Of a DNA stretch of 64,000 nucleotides, positions 38,832 to 52,759 are shown in pieces. The notes below the pieces were generated by a model. The model did not search any database, was not told the DNA's origin, and saw nothing but the letters and a program-made list of their open reading frames with translations. Both the position numbers and the translations under genes were made by a program. Position 1 is the first letter of the stretch; every line of letters begins with the position of its first letter. Source of the stretch: Octopus bimaculoides (taxonomy: Eukaryota); the NCBI RefSeq assembly GCF_001194135.2, contig NC_068983.1, positions 65,418,608-65,482,607 on the forward strand, given 5' to 3'.

Positions 38832-38888
38832 CGATTGTCGTACGCTGAAGAAGGGAAATAACCCTGAAACTCGAGTACGTACGTATCG
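38832..38888 (+). ncRNA. Type I hammerhead ribozyme, complete fold
   Basis: CGAT-tgt-CGTACG-CTGAAGA-AGGG-aaataa-CCCT-GAA-ACTCGAGT-A^CGTACG-t-ATCG: 6+4-bp helix I with internal loop, 4-bp helix II, 8-nt palindromic helix III, GUA triplet, predicted cut after 38877. Confidence 0.8.
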
Positions 38889-39218
38889 TAGATCAAGATG
38901 GGAAGGATAACTTCCCTTGGAAAATACAGACAGGACACAGAAGTGTGTCGATAGCCATCTGGTGGAGATGTCCTCCTGGGGCTAAAAGCAACAGTAACAT
39001 CTACCCCTCGGGGTCAGCCACATTTAAGTGGCAAATATACTTCACTTTATCGTGCAGTTACTGTTAATACCTCGTTCAGAGNNNNNNNNNNNNNNNNNNN
39101 NNNNNNNNNNNNNNNNNNNNNNNNNNNNNNNNNNNNNNNNNNNNNNNNNNNNNNNNNNNNNNNNNNNNNNNNNNNNNNNNNNNNNNNNNNNNNNNNNNNN
39201 NNNNNNNNNNNNNNNNNN

Positions 39219-39269
<51 letters not shown>

Positions 39270-40087
39270 CATGTATATATATATATTTACACATATATAC
39301 ACATATATACATGCATACATACATTTATACATGTATATATGTTCACATATATATGCACATATATACCCATAATAGATATGTATGTATGTGTATATGCATG
39401 TATAAATGTCAGATAATAGTTTCACTATTAAAACTCAAAGTATCTCACATTACAATAAACATGATATTGTTTCACCCCTGAGATTTAATGCTGAAATAGT
39501 GTAAGAAATAGGAGATTGCTCCGGGCTCGCATTAAGCAAGAAGTTGAAAATTGCTTTAGGCCATGACACTTCATGGATCGCAAGTAAGGCATGTATAAAA
39601 TTTGAATGAAATTGGTTGTGTAGTTCTCACATACAGACATACATGCAGACACACACACACATTCTCAGTTTTATATATATATAGATAAATACATGTTTGA
39701 GTATGTGTGTGTGTGTGTGTGTTTGTGTCCGTTCGTGTCTTGTGTGTTTCTCTGTGTGTATGCGTTTGTGTGCGTGTATGTACGTGTGGTGTGCCCGTCT
39801 GTATGTTTGTACATCGCGTGCGCGATAGCAGATTAATTTTCTCGACGTGAATTTCCTCTATAATACTATTATACTTGTAGCTAACACTACAGAGTAGTAT
39901 TTTTCCTTGAGCTCATTGTCATAAGAAGTCGTTGATCAAATCCTGTTGTTTATTTCCACAAATCTATTTTTTTTATTGTTGTTGTTGTTTACCTAAAATG
40001 AAATTTTATTCCAGCTGTCCTTTAAACAAATAAATCCATGTACGTATTTCTTCAAATAAGCATATCCATGGCCATATTACCTCCTTT

Positions 40088-41557
40088 CCTGTAAGAGGGC
40101 ACAGCCTGATGTTAATTGTTTTACCAATGTTTTAGAAGGACACACCACTGTGAAACCCATATAGTTCCGTTCGATCCTGCGTCAAATACTGTGTTGAACA
40201 TCAAACTCAAATAATATATTCAATAAGACAATGGTACGTTGATATGTATTACTAAAGTAATGGCAATGCTTCGTTAGCTCTAGACTTCATTCCAAGCTCG
40301 TTCCTATCACGCATAATTATCTAGGTCAATGTGTTATGTAGAAATATAGACGTTAATAACATGAACTTTCAAAGTACACATAATGAATGCAGCAACTCCT
40401 TAGAAATGCGTCTTCTTGAATAGCCAATTTCTTTCGAGAACTATTTTACACAGATAAGTATTAATCATTGTAACTGATCAATATAAACCATGCTCTTTTC
40501 ATTTCAAGCTGCTAAATAAAAATGAAATTATAGGGTTGAAACATTTAATGAATGCAATATCGGAAACATTTTCAAATGGGAGTCACAGGTTAAATACATA
40601 ACACATGTAGAGGAGTAGATTTTAAGTATTGAAAGTGAAATACTGAATCAAAATAAATAATCTACTTTATAATGACTAACACCCATTAATCTGCATTCAT
40701 ATTATAAAAGAGGACTAAATTTTGAGAAAATAGAATATTGCATAAAATGAAACAGTATATTTCCTCTTATATTTCTAGTATTTATTCTAGCAACGCTGTT
40801 AGGATGAAAGGGGAAGGCAACTAGTGTGATACGTGCAAGACGTCCTTACAAAAAAATAACAAAAGATATTAGAATATGAAATTTCATGGTAATGATAACG
40901 CTCGAAGATCTTTGCTATCGAGTATCTAGACTAATTCAGGAGGAGTGAAGCATGTTCTTTCCAACGCTCGATAAAATAATTTTCATTATGATGCAAGAGT
41001 TGTTCATAAATTTTTCCGACACGATAAATGTCGAAACAATTATGTCTTTAAGTTGGAGCTGTGATGAATCTATAATAGGATCCCGATGAGAAAAAAAGAA
41101 TGGGTATCTTCACACAATTGAATATCTACACTTTGGTGTCTCATAGATGATCAATAATGCCAATTTACAGATTTAACATATTTCATTGTTTTTTAGGTAA
41201 AATTCCTGAGCAATTTTGGCAGATTTCGTTTAAAATAGTCACGAGCTATAAACGACATTAAACCAGCTGAATGCATAGAAATATGTGTGTGCATGCCAGC
41301 GTATGAATTAGACTATACTGAGATAGTGATTTCATCAACAGAAACATATGCACTGGGCCTGTTACAATACATTAATTTAGACAACATGTTAAATAATTAA
41401 CCTGTAAGAGGGCACAGCCTGATGTTAATTGTTTTACCAATGTTTTAGAAGGACACACCACTGTGAAACCCATATACTTCCGTTCGATCCTGCGTCAAAT
41501 ACTGTGTTGAACATCAAACTCAAATAATATATTCAATAAGACAATGGTACGTTGATA
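40088..41557. repeat. 157-bp direct repeat pair (40088-40244 and 41401-41557)
   Basis: Identical by eye except ATAGTTCC versus ATACTTCC. Confidence 0.92.
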
Positions 41558-42416
41558 ATTAGTCGATTGCTTGATAAATCAATATACTAAACAGTATATA
41601 CATCAGTTCATTTGTCAGTGTATTTTCGCCTTTATTGCCGACAAAACGAATGGTGTGTTCTCGTTACACCAGGTCTGCCCTCATATTTTTAGTCTCTCTC
41701 TCTCTCTATGTAAACGTGTGAGTATGTGCGTGCGTGCATGCATGTATGTATATATAGTATCATGTGTGTGATTGTGTGAGTGTGTTTATATTTTGTGCAT
41801 GCATACAATTCTAAGAATAATTTATATGTTCCGACAAATCATGCTGTAGCTTGTACTACATTTCTTTATCATATGTAACAGCTCCACACAGAGATATCTG
41901 GAAAAAAACAGTGATATTGAATAAATGGTGGATAAGGAAATCCACGAAACTACTAGGTGGAATGAAAGTCGAATATATATATATATATATANNNNNNNNN
42001 NNNNNNNNNNNNNNNNNNNNNNNNNNNNNNNNNNNNNNNNNNNNNNNNNNNNNNNNNNNNNNNNNNNNNNNNNNNNNNNNNNNNNNNNNNNNNNNNNNNN
42101 NNNNNNNNNNNNNNNNNNNNNNNNNNNNNNNNNNNNNNNNNNNNNNNNNNNNNNNNNNNNNNNNNNNNNNNNNNNNNNNNNNNNNNNNNNNNNNNNNNNN
42201 NNNNNNNNNNNNNNNNNNNNNNNNNNNNNNNNNNNNNNNNNNNNNNNNNNNNNNNNNNNNNNNNNNNNNNNNNNNNNNNNNNNNNNNNNNNNNNNNNNNN
42301 NNNNNNNNNNNNNNNNNNNNNNNNNNNNNNNNNNNNNNNNNNNNNNNNNNNNNNNNNNNNNNNNNNNNNNNNNNNNNNNNNNNNNNNNNNNNNNNNNNNN
42401 NNNNNNNNNNNNNNNN

Positions 42417-42447
<31 letters not shown>

Positions 42448-44253
42448 ATATATACATATATACATACACATATATATCTATATATGTATACGTACATGTG
42501 ATCGTGTGTAGTTTCGTACGAATTATAAGCGATGTGTTTTAGATTAAGCTGATTTATCAATTTCAATATGACAGTCTTCCCTCCCAATCGATACAACAAT
42601 CTATGTAATTATCAAAGATAGAACGCCAGAAGATAAGGCGAATACCAATTTATCTGGGAATACCAATTTAGCTGGGACATAGCCGGGGATGTTGGCATAA
42701 TTTATAGTCGTATATGGTGAAGATAATAATTTAACCAGTATATTCCCGTGCAAGTGACAAAGCACGAATATCTATTTCCATGATGGTGCGCATAAGATAT
42801 TGCTTATATTGCAATGAGCCACTGGCAAAATTTGTTTATTGTTTTCTGAGTTTAATCAGCTTTTGGAGTGCAACACAGAGAGCAGATTGCTCTCTAAGAA
42901 TATGAATCAACTCAAACATCTTATACCATTTAAATCCTATAATCTGAGGACTTTAACGTATTGATATTTCAGGATGTTATATACTCAAATTCCGGCTTTC
43001 TTATGCAGGTTCCACTTATTTTGTTATGAATTTTTACAGATTTATATGATTTCAGAGAAGAAATACAACCAAATTAAGTGTATATATTTGACAGATGTGA
43101 TTAGTATATATACGGAAACAGCCTTTTTATTCAGTATATTTCTGAGTTGTAAGTATTTCATTATTAAAAACTGAATCGGACTCCATTCCTTCTCATGACT
43201 TGGCAGCATACAATTTCGCAAATGTAATCGACTAAAATATCAAAACAGGCAAAAACTCTTATTCAAATGTGTTCGTCACCCACTAAACATGTAGAATTTC
43301 AATACTATAAAAGTTTAACCCCTTATACTAAGTTCATGATTTTCACTCATCATGTATAATAGGCGCCGTGCGTATATTAACCTATGATCGTGTATTTGTG
43401 TATGGGTTTGTATCTTGCTTTCTTTCTCCATCACATTCTCTGATTATAAATATGCGTATGTGTCTGTGTGTGTCTGTGTACATCTATATACATACATTCT
43501 TGTTCTTTTCTTTCGTTCTCCATTCTTTAACTGATGTTAGATAATGAGTATGTGATGTCAGCCTATAAATTCTCAAGTAAAAGCTTTCTTGTATCTAATC
43601 TCAGACGTTGTATTCAACATATGTTAAACGATATAACATTCTCAAATTTGAGATTTCTAATGGTTTAAATGACACAGTTCAGGCAATAAGTCATCCGTAC
43701 AATTTGGTTATGCATTTACAGTTGGATGATTTAGCTTATATAAAAATCAATTTCCTTAGCTGCTAACACAGTGTTGTACTGTTGCGTTCATGATTTTGTG
43801 ATATTTACTCACTCTATGTACAACCGTACATGCGTTCATATATGAACGCTTATATGTGCATACATGTGTGTATGCATGTATCTATACACACGTATATATT
43901 CGTATACATGCATATATATATGTATATTTATATATATACATATACATATATATATATATATATANNNNNNNNNNNNNNNNNNNNNNNNNNNNNNNNNNNN
44001 NNNNNNNNNNNNNNNNNNNNNNNNNNNNNNNNNNNNNNNNNNNNNNNNNNNNNNNNNNNNNNNNNTGTTTTATGGTTCTTATTTTTATCGTTATCTCTCT
44101 CTAACTTAACTACATATGACCTACTGTGTGAAGACATTGCGTATCGTAGTGACCCCCTGTAATATATAGCTCGTCCTCGTTTACTTTCCTCTCCCAGCTC
44201 AATCTTATTTTGAGTCTTCCATATTATATTATACACTGAGAAGTATACATATG

Positions 44254-44330
<77 letters not shown>

Positions 44331-44559
44331 CGGTGAATGTCATTCAAAATTATGACTTCGTCACACCTAATATTCTGAAAAATTTAGTTGCATCTTTTCT
44401 CTTTTATAAATGAAACATCTTTGAAGTTGAAAGTTGCAATGTGATATATGTACACAAACGCACACATATGCATACACACACGCTCACGCGCGGATACGCA
44501 CACGCACAGGAACATACACACGTACAACACCCACAGGTATCCGAAACATTTATGACACA

Positions 44560-44945
44560 CCTCTCCTTTCTCTCTTAATGTTAGGGCAAATATAGGTAGA
44601 AGATTTTTGCACTTAATACATAGGCGCTTTCCTAGAAACCATAGATACAGCAAAATCTTTGACAGTCACACGATAAGAGTTACCTTTTCTTGTGACCCTA
44701 ATGTTAATCTCGAAACTTAAAGAAGAAGGGATCAGTATTGACATCAAATGGAAAGTCCTCCCTAAAGTGAGTCTACATATTATCGTCTCCAAAAAATCGT
44801 CAGTGTGTTCTCTTGAAAAACTATCTCTTAAAAAACTTGAGAACCTCCAAGCAATACTAAATTCAAGGAACGAGAATTGTCACATGTGTCCGCATTACAA
44901 GAAATGTATATTGTCGGAATTTAAAGGTAGACACCTAGACATTTA
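44560..44945 (+). mobile_element. Penelope-like element ORF fragment, GIY-YIG core deleted
   Basis: SPFSLNVRANIGRRFLHLIHRRFPRNHRYSKIFDSHTIRVTFSCDPNV, then KLKEEGISIDIKWKVL..CSLEKL..LNSRNE..CPHYKK, resembling PLE linker and C-terminal motifs. Confidence 0.75.
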
Positions 44946-46895
44946 GCAAACCATTTAGATCTGGCTTACGTCTGTATGACATGGAATTATTGTAATGTTG
45001 ATCTCCCTTGTGTTTTTCTTCTTTTCTTCTCTGCAAACGCCTCTTGTTTAAACGACATCTGCTCAAAAGACAAATGACAAACGGTTTTGTTTCCATTTTG
45101 ATAAATGTTGGAATAAATTATTATTTCCATCAAGAAACCCTGGGTAGCTGTATTTACAAGAATTGTGGGTCTTTTTTATTATAAGGTTATCCTTACTCTG
45201 TTAGCCTATGGAGAATGTTTCTACTTGCTGAAGCATTACTACATAACATATGTATACATATATGCACACACACACACACACACACACATGAATATAGATA
45301 TGGTTATAGGTATATTTCCGTGTGTGTATGTGAAAGTATATGTAATAATGAGTGTTATTTCTTCTTCGGTTGCTTAACTATTTCTGTGAATATTTTTTAT
45401 GAAACTTCAATGAATTAAATTACATTTTATTATATGCCCAATTTTTGCAGTCGTACACGTAATGAGAATGGAAGAAGAATAGAAACCGATAATTATTGGA
45501 ATTAGAACTCATAAATATATTTTTATCATCTCCAAATCCATGAGAATATATTTTATTTTTAAGCGGGGTGTTGTAGTATTGTCAGAACACATTATTATTG
45601 CATTTTATTATTCCGAGCTTCAAATTTTAACTTTATTTCTATTTTCATAGTGAAGAAAATATTTTTTAGAATTTCATATATTACAAGTCTTAAACTATAA
45701 AATGAATACTCACAAATATTAAATACCGGAGAACAAATAAATTCATTTCAATTAATTTAACTCACATTATATATGGAAATATGAAGTATTAGCTGAAGAT
45801 CTTATTTCAATTTGGTTGAAATTGTAGAAAGTTCTTTCGTTGAATTGTATTTTAAAAAATTGTAAAATAAATAACAATCCGTCTAATTGATTTGGATTGG
45901 ATTAATTTTACGCAGACGATCTTTTACTTGTCTTTCGTAACTAATACGTTATAGAAACGCATGAATATTGAAAAATCGTCTTTAACTATATGAATATATA
46001 TGCATTTGGCAATGACAATATACTCATATTTTGAACTTTAGTATCTAGTAAACACATTTAAAATAATTTGCATAAATTTATGTAGCATAGATTTTGCTTG
46101 TTTTTCAAGATCATTTGAGAAGTTTATGAATCGCATTTTACCATATAATCACATTTTGCCATATAAATATGGACCTTCCCTTCTCGTATATGATGTAGTA
46201 TTTAGAAGTATGTAATTTGATGTGGCTAAAGTAGATGTCTGAGAAACATTAGTAGATTCCGTTGTTTTATGAAGTTGAAAGTTTCTATGGGGAAGGATTT
46301 CAAAACTTTTCTGAAGCATTAATTATCCTGAGTTTCACGAGTTTCAGTGCACGACTTAGTCCTGCTTAATACTTAAAGTCTGCAGAGGAGTTATTTTGAG
46401 GCCGGTATATCACGCATAATTGTTCACTCCAGTGCAGTCTTGAACAAGTTCCTGTTTAGACATTCAATTATAAACAGACGTTCTATTGCCTCATTAAAAA
46501 CGTGATCATATACGCGAGGGACTAGGGTAAAATATCTAATATTCTTACCATGCTCCGTTGGCGGAACAGGCATGCTGCATCCGTTTCAATGCACCATGTA
46601 TATGTATGTATATATATATATATATATATATNNNNNNNNNNNNNNNNNNNNNNNNNNNNNNNNNNNNNNNNNNNNNNNNNNNNNNNNNNNNNNNNNNNNN
46701 NNNNNNNNNNNNNNNNNNNNNNNNNNNNNNNNNNNNNNNNNNNNNNNNNNNNNNNNNNNNNNNNNNNNNNNNNNNNNNNNNNNNNNNNNNNNNNNNNNNN
46801 NNNNNNNNNNNNNNNNNNNNNNNNNNNNNNNNNNNNNNNNNNNNNNNNNNNNNNNNNNNNNNNNNNNNNNNNNNNNNNNNNNNNNNNNNNNNNNN

Positions 46896-46932
<37 letters not shown>

Positions 46933-48019
46933 ATGTATATAATTTCTGACAGATTTTAAATTTATCTCTCTGATGAAAATTAAATATTTACAGAGTTATA
47001 GATCATACAGGCATTTCCTTCTTGTAATTCAACAAGTGTTTTTTTACGTGTAAGTATGATACATTAATTATTTTTTTCTGGCAAGGATAGTCAGTTTAGT
47101 CTCACTGAATCAATATTATTCGAGAATATCATGAGTGCAATATATTAATCAGGTATCTTAGATAATGATGGTCGTTACCATAATTTTTGACAATGTTCTG
47201 TATACTAATCTAATGTCTCTATAATATTCTGGAATATAGTATGAAAGAAGATATAATATATGTCTTCCCTCTAATGTGCGTTATACACTATCTTGCTCAT
47301 TGTTTCCAAAGTATGTGAAATTGCCTGATCTCTATTTTCTAATATGATTCAAGTGTATAATCTAGAAAATCTGCTTACTGTCTGGAGTAGTGCTGCTTAA
47401 TGTTCAACAACTGCAGCTTACATCTTGCTACCCGCTTCAATCGATGATTTATTATCTTCCTGTCGTATGTGGATTTAATTTCAATTGATGTAGCAAGAAA
47501 AGAAAGAGAAAGAAGGAAGTCCTCTTCGAATTTTGTTCCTTTCAGAAACGATGGTCTTTGTTATAACTCCATCTTTTCAATGTATACCCATAATGTCTAC
47601 AATTCAACATCGGCGTGTTTAATACATTTGCGTACGATTAAAACGTTTTAAGGTTCAATTTTCACTGATACACTTGAGTGAAACAATACTAAAAACATTG
47701 TTATAGTCTATCCATTCCAAACACAAAATTGTATTTCGTTTTCAGGCATTCTGGTCGGTAAAACAAGCTCTAGTCATGTAAAGCAGTCAATTAAATCGAT
47801 TCTAAACTTGCGTGAATATATCTGGCGTGCGTTTACGTTAGAAATATCAATATCACTATTATTGGTTCAATTTCACTTCTTAGGGCTCTCGATTTCAGTT
47901 GCGCCGTTTAATTCTGAAAGAGCACACAACTTGTTGTCAAATATCGCACAGGGTCTCTTTTCACGATATTTAACACCCAAGTACCAATCAAAAGTTCTTT
48001 GCTGTCCGAATAAAGCAGT

Positions 48020-49430
48020 TTTCTAAGCGTGTTCTATCCTCATGTCAGTCCCAGTTTCGTCAACAATTTTTTCAAACCTGGGTGTATCCCAGTGCCCCTA
48101 CAACTACTAGGATAACAGTTACTCTCTTTTTTACCCACATTCGTGCAAATTTCCTATTTTGCTAGCTTGTATTTCTCAATCGTTTCTAATTCTTGCTCAC
48201 CCACTCGTACATCACCAGTTATGGCAATATCTATGATTTTGGTTTCCTTCGACTTGTTATCAGCTTCAACAATGGATGATCTCCGAGAATCAATCATTTA
48301 TTCACACTGGATTTTAACATTCCACAAGATGTTCTCTTCGTTATTCTCCGTGACGTTTTGTTGTTTATGCTCGTACCATTCCAATGTCCTTTGAAGGCTG
48401 CTATTGTCCCACAACCTCCAATGTACATACTTAGCTACGTTATCATGCTTCCTTTGCGTTTTGTTTGTGCCAATTTGCTAAACACATTCACAGTGAGACT
48501 GTTTCACTTTTGATGTCACACATCCTACAAAGGGGCGTTTCACTGCTCTGGCCTGTTTGGAACTTGGTGTATTTAGTTCTAAAATCTCGCTCCTGAACGC
48601 TGCATGTCAACGACTCAGTGCTGGTTTTTCTGTCTATTTCATCAAGCATCTTCTTTGTTCATCTAATAGCACCTGCACCATATCGCATTTAAGAGACAGC
48701 CCATGTATTCATTGCGCAGACGTTGTTATTTCTATTGAGTCTACTCTCCATAATTAACTTGTTTCTCGTGTGTTATTCTCACTTAAAGATTCCATTCACC
48801 TCACTCTCCTTCAATTTTTCATATTCTAAAATACCCAAACACTTATATCTATCCACCTCAACATCTGTAATTCTCACGCCGATGAGTTGTTCTACACTAT
48901 CAGATGACACTACTTTGCGTTTTTCTTTCATGAGCATACCGCACTTTTCATCCCAAATTCCTCCTCGATATTCTAAATGAATATCTGCACTGTTGAAACC
49001 AGACCGTTTATTTCACGCTCGATCTTACTGAAGTTCTTTAAGTCATCCATATACAACTTTTCAATGTGAAATCCGATCGTAAATTATGTAATAAGTGCGT
49101 GAGTGGTTTCATACAAATCATAAACAGCAATGGTGACAAACTCTCTCCCTAATATATGCTTCTCCTGGTGTTAATTGTCGCCAACATTCTCTAAATTATG
49201 TTAACTCTGTATTCCAGTCCTTCATTGATCTGATAAAATTCAAAATGTTACCAGACATGTGTGTAAATCCAGAAATGGGATACTATGTCATAATGTTTCA
49301 TATAATCGATCGACACCATACTCAAATATGTATGCCTTTTCTTACAGGCGTACAGCACCATTCTGTCTATCAGAAGTGGATCTTTCTTCCTTCGGCTTTT
49401 CGGCTTTTCTTCCTGTATCCTTTCTTCTAA
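48020..49430 (-). mobile_element. R4/Dong-like LINE fragment of another subfamily (RT, CCHC, RLE)
   Basis: IDYMKHYDIV, GESLSPLLFMICMKPL, LYMDDLK, FGMKKCG, DRYKCLGI, PLCRMC..KHDNVAKYVHW, KIIDIAITGD..EKYK..VVVGALG. Confidence 0.88.
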
Positions 49431-49485
49431 TCAATTAAGAGCAAATGCCACGAGAGCCACTGTCTGGTACTGCATCAGCGCATTT

Positions 49486-49550
<65 letters not shown>

Positions 49551-49575
49551 TATTATTATTATTATTATTATTATT

Positions 49576-50066
49576 CAGTAGTCTTATTTTTATCACGTGC
49601 TTTCACTGCACTACCGAGCGCAGCTGTGTACCTTGGATATGTGCTTGGGTATTTGTTAGGATGCTGCTATCTTTACTGCATTGAAAATGGTTTACGCAGG
49701 ATGTCTGCAGTGCCTAGTAGTGCTATTTTCTGTATGTTATATATAATTTTAAGTCCTGGTGTTTTTGCTACGTATATGATTTTTTTATCATACCTAATGC
49801 GCCTGCTACAATAGGAATTGTTTCTGTTTTTAGACTCCACATTCGGGTTACCTCTATTTCTTGGTTTTTGTATTTTGAAAGTTTCTCAGTTTCTTTTAAA
49901 GAAACATTGTCTTCTGATGGTATTAATGCATCAATTAGAAAGCGTTCTTTTCTAGATGATCTTCGACAATTATATCCAGCATATTGGCCTTAATTTATCT
50001 GTGTATATTAGCATATTCCATAGTATGGTTGATTTCTCATTTTCTGTGACTTTATTGCATGTGCCG
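49576..50066 (-). mobile_element. 5'-truncated Dong/R4-like LINE, same family as 31584-31898, flanked by TAT/TGT repeats
   Basis: TILWNMLIYTD..FLIDALIPSEDNVSLKETEKLSKYK..EVTRMWSLKTETIPIVAGALGMIKK. Confidence 0.88.
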
Positions 50067-50967
50067 TATTATTGTTGTTGTTGTTGTCGTCGTCGTGGTC
50101 GTCATCGCCATTGTCATCCTCATCACCATAATTAATTCTGGTTGTCAAATCCTGCAGTATAGTATTTGTTGCAGTCAGATTCAGTCAAATTCATGACATT
50201 CATTCATCCCAGGCTTTAATTATGAACTTTAAAAAACAGATAATGTCAAACCTGGGTTTGACACATTTACATACATGAAACATTATATACAACTCCCATC
50301 TATTGTCTCAAAACATCAAAGAAAAGATGTTTCGAGAGATTGCAATTTGTAAGATATTAGTTTCTTACATTCACAAGCCTCGGTAAATTCTACACATTTT
50401 AGATCATTTTCTACGTACTTTTGAGGACAGAGAACTTGCTAAATCACACGTGGCAAATTTAGTCATATGTAGAGCACTTGCAGCTGATTTTCGTGAAATT
50501 CAGTTGAATATATAGCTCACACGACGATTTTCCAGTGTAAATAGATTTTTTTTATTACATTTATTAAATCAGTAGTATTCCCTTTATATCAGCTCAGATA
50601 TAGCATTTTATCCATGAATCCCTGTCAGCAATGATTTTATAACCATATTAATGCATTATTGACGTTCTTTTTTTATGTTACTTTCTATTTCAGTATACTT
50701 TAAGAGCATTATAAATCAATAAATGCCTCACTGCATCTACAGTAAGAGTCATTGGGGTTAAAGTAATTGCTTATAATCTCTATTCAGGGAATAGTATTTT
50801 TCTTCAATCTTCTTTGATGCTGCAAACCTTAAAAGAGTAAAATAATGCTTTTTCTAACTTTATCATACGACATCTGTTTTGAGATAATTCTCTTAAACAC
50901 TTTACATTATTCCCTTATATTTTATTGGCAATATTCGAAAAAAATCGAAAGTTTTTATTGTTTTCAT

Positions 50968-50970
50968 TAA

Positions 50971-51031
<61 letters not shown>

Positions 51032-51090
51032 GTTATTATCATTGTTATTATCATTATTATTATTATTATTATTATTGTCGTTGTTATTAT
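50968..51090. repeat. (TAT)n microsatellite, imperfect at the 3' end
   Basis: Direct reading. Confidence 0.95.
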
Positions 51091-51666
51091 TATCGCTGAT
51101 AATTTCATTGTCGCAGTGTAGTTATTCTTTTGTCGTGGTTGTTATTGTTATACATTAGTTAGCACATATTAAGTGAAATATCTACAGTTCAGCTGCATTT
51201 TTCAGGATTGACCTAAAAATGTTTGATGCATAAAAACATGAACTTGCTGAGCTCACATTTACCGTGAATATTTCAAACAATCATATTCATCTACACTGCA
51301 TTCCAATTTTGGATTCTTATCTTCATGAAATATTTTTCCCCCAGTCGTGATCTTAATGGCAGACTGGATGCGGGTTAAAAACCTTTATTTCTAAACTAAA
51401 GCTAATATTGGATTCTGCCATGAACAAATCTAAGGATTACGTATGACCATTAATGCACATTGAAAAGATGGAAAATAGGGGAAAACTTATCAGTGCATCC
51501 TGTAATGTCATAAATGTAAAAAAAATGGTCATTTAAAAAAAGTTTCAAACGTCTGATTTTGACAGCGACATCGTTAAGTATGTATGAATGTATGAATGTA
51601 TGCATGTGTGTATGTATGTATGTGTGCGGATTTGTATGTATGTATATGTACGGATTTGCATTCATG

Positions 51667-51698
<32 letters not shown>

Positions 51699-52109
51699 TA
51701 CATATGCATGATCTTTATTTGTCTTANNNNNNNNNNNNNNNNNNNNNNNNNNNNNNNNNNNNNNNNNNNNNNNNNNNNNNNNNNNNNNNNNNNNNNNNNN
51801 NNNNNNNNNNNNNNNNNNNNNNNNNNNNNNNNNNNNNNNNNNNNNNNNNNNNNNNNNNNNNNNNNNNNNNNNNNNNNNNNNNNNNNNNNNNNNNNNNNNN
51901 NNNNNNNNNNNNNNNNNNNNNNNNNNNNNNNNNNNNNNNNNNNNNNNNNNNNNNNNNNNNNNNNNNNNNNNNNNNNNNNNNNNNNNNNNNNNNNNNNNNN
52001 NNNNNNNNNNNNNNNNNNNNNNNNNNNNNNNNNNNNNNNNNNNNNNNNNNNNNNNNNNNNNNNNNNNNNNNNNNNNNNNNGTATGTATATGTACGGATTT
52101 GCATTCATG

Positions 52110-52141
<32 letters not shown>

Positions 52142-52289
52142 TACATATGCATGATCTTTATTTGTCTTATATTGTGTTATATTCAAATATTTGGGGAATT
52201 TAACACCTAAGAATTTGGGGAACGTCTAAGAAATTTTTGCTGTGACACTAATAGACTCAATTTGGGGAATACACGTCAGTTTCTTATAC

Positions 52290-52600
52290 TCTTACCTTGT
52301 GAAACCGATTATTTCTATCTTTTTTTGTACACATTTGTTGAGACATAGCCTAATATACCTATGACATTGGGTATAAATGACAATTGATAGTCAGGGCACA
52401 ATATTTCAAGTTCCGCATTCTCCATAAATGCTCTTTTCTTCTAGTGTTTTGTTTATTGTATATTAAGATCTGCTGCAGCAGTGTATGACATTTGATCCTT
52501 GTCCCACAGAACAATATAAGGTCTGCTATGCTTGCACCGAATTGATGCTTTTATTGGTGCGTTCCACCTGCATTTAATTTTATTAAAGTTTCAAATACTG
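52290..52600 (-). mobile_element. RLE-domain fragment related to the 25980-26330 element
   Basis: Frameshifted HSRPYIVLWDKDQ, EEKSIYGE and IVIYTQCHRY/VIGILGYVS segments parallel HNMPDIVVSD, QEKQDIYGQ and IAGALGFV. Confidence 0.65.
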
Positions 52601-52698
52601 GTTCTGAAATGTCTGCAGATAGCATTGTAAATAGGTTGTGCAACTATATCATGCCTCAGGGGCAGGTATAATCTCAGATGTATGTATGTATGTATCTG

Positions 52699-52759
<61 letters not shown>

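Noticed and set aside
40150-40200. VFDAGSNGT on the minus strand, resembling apyrase (GDA1/CD39) ACR1
   Set aside because: Short frame bounded by stops, spacing to the downstream W is off by one, and no other apyrase regions are seen.
51640-52170. ~87-bp direct repeat
   Set aside because: The copies flank an N gap exactly; likely assembly artefact.
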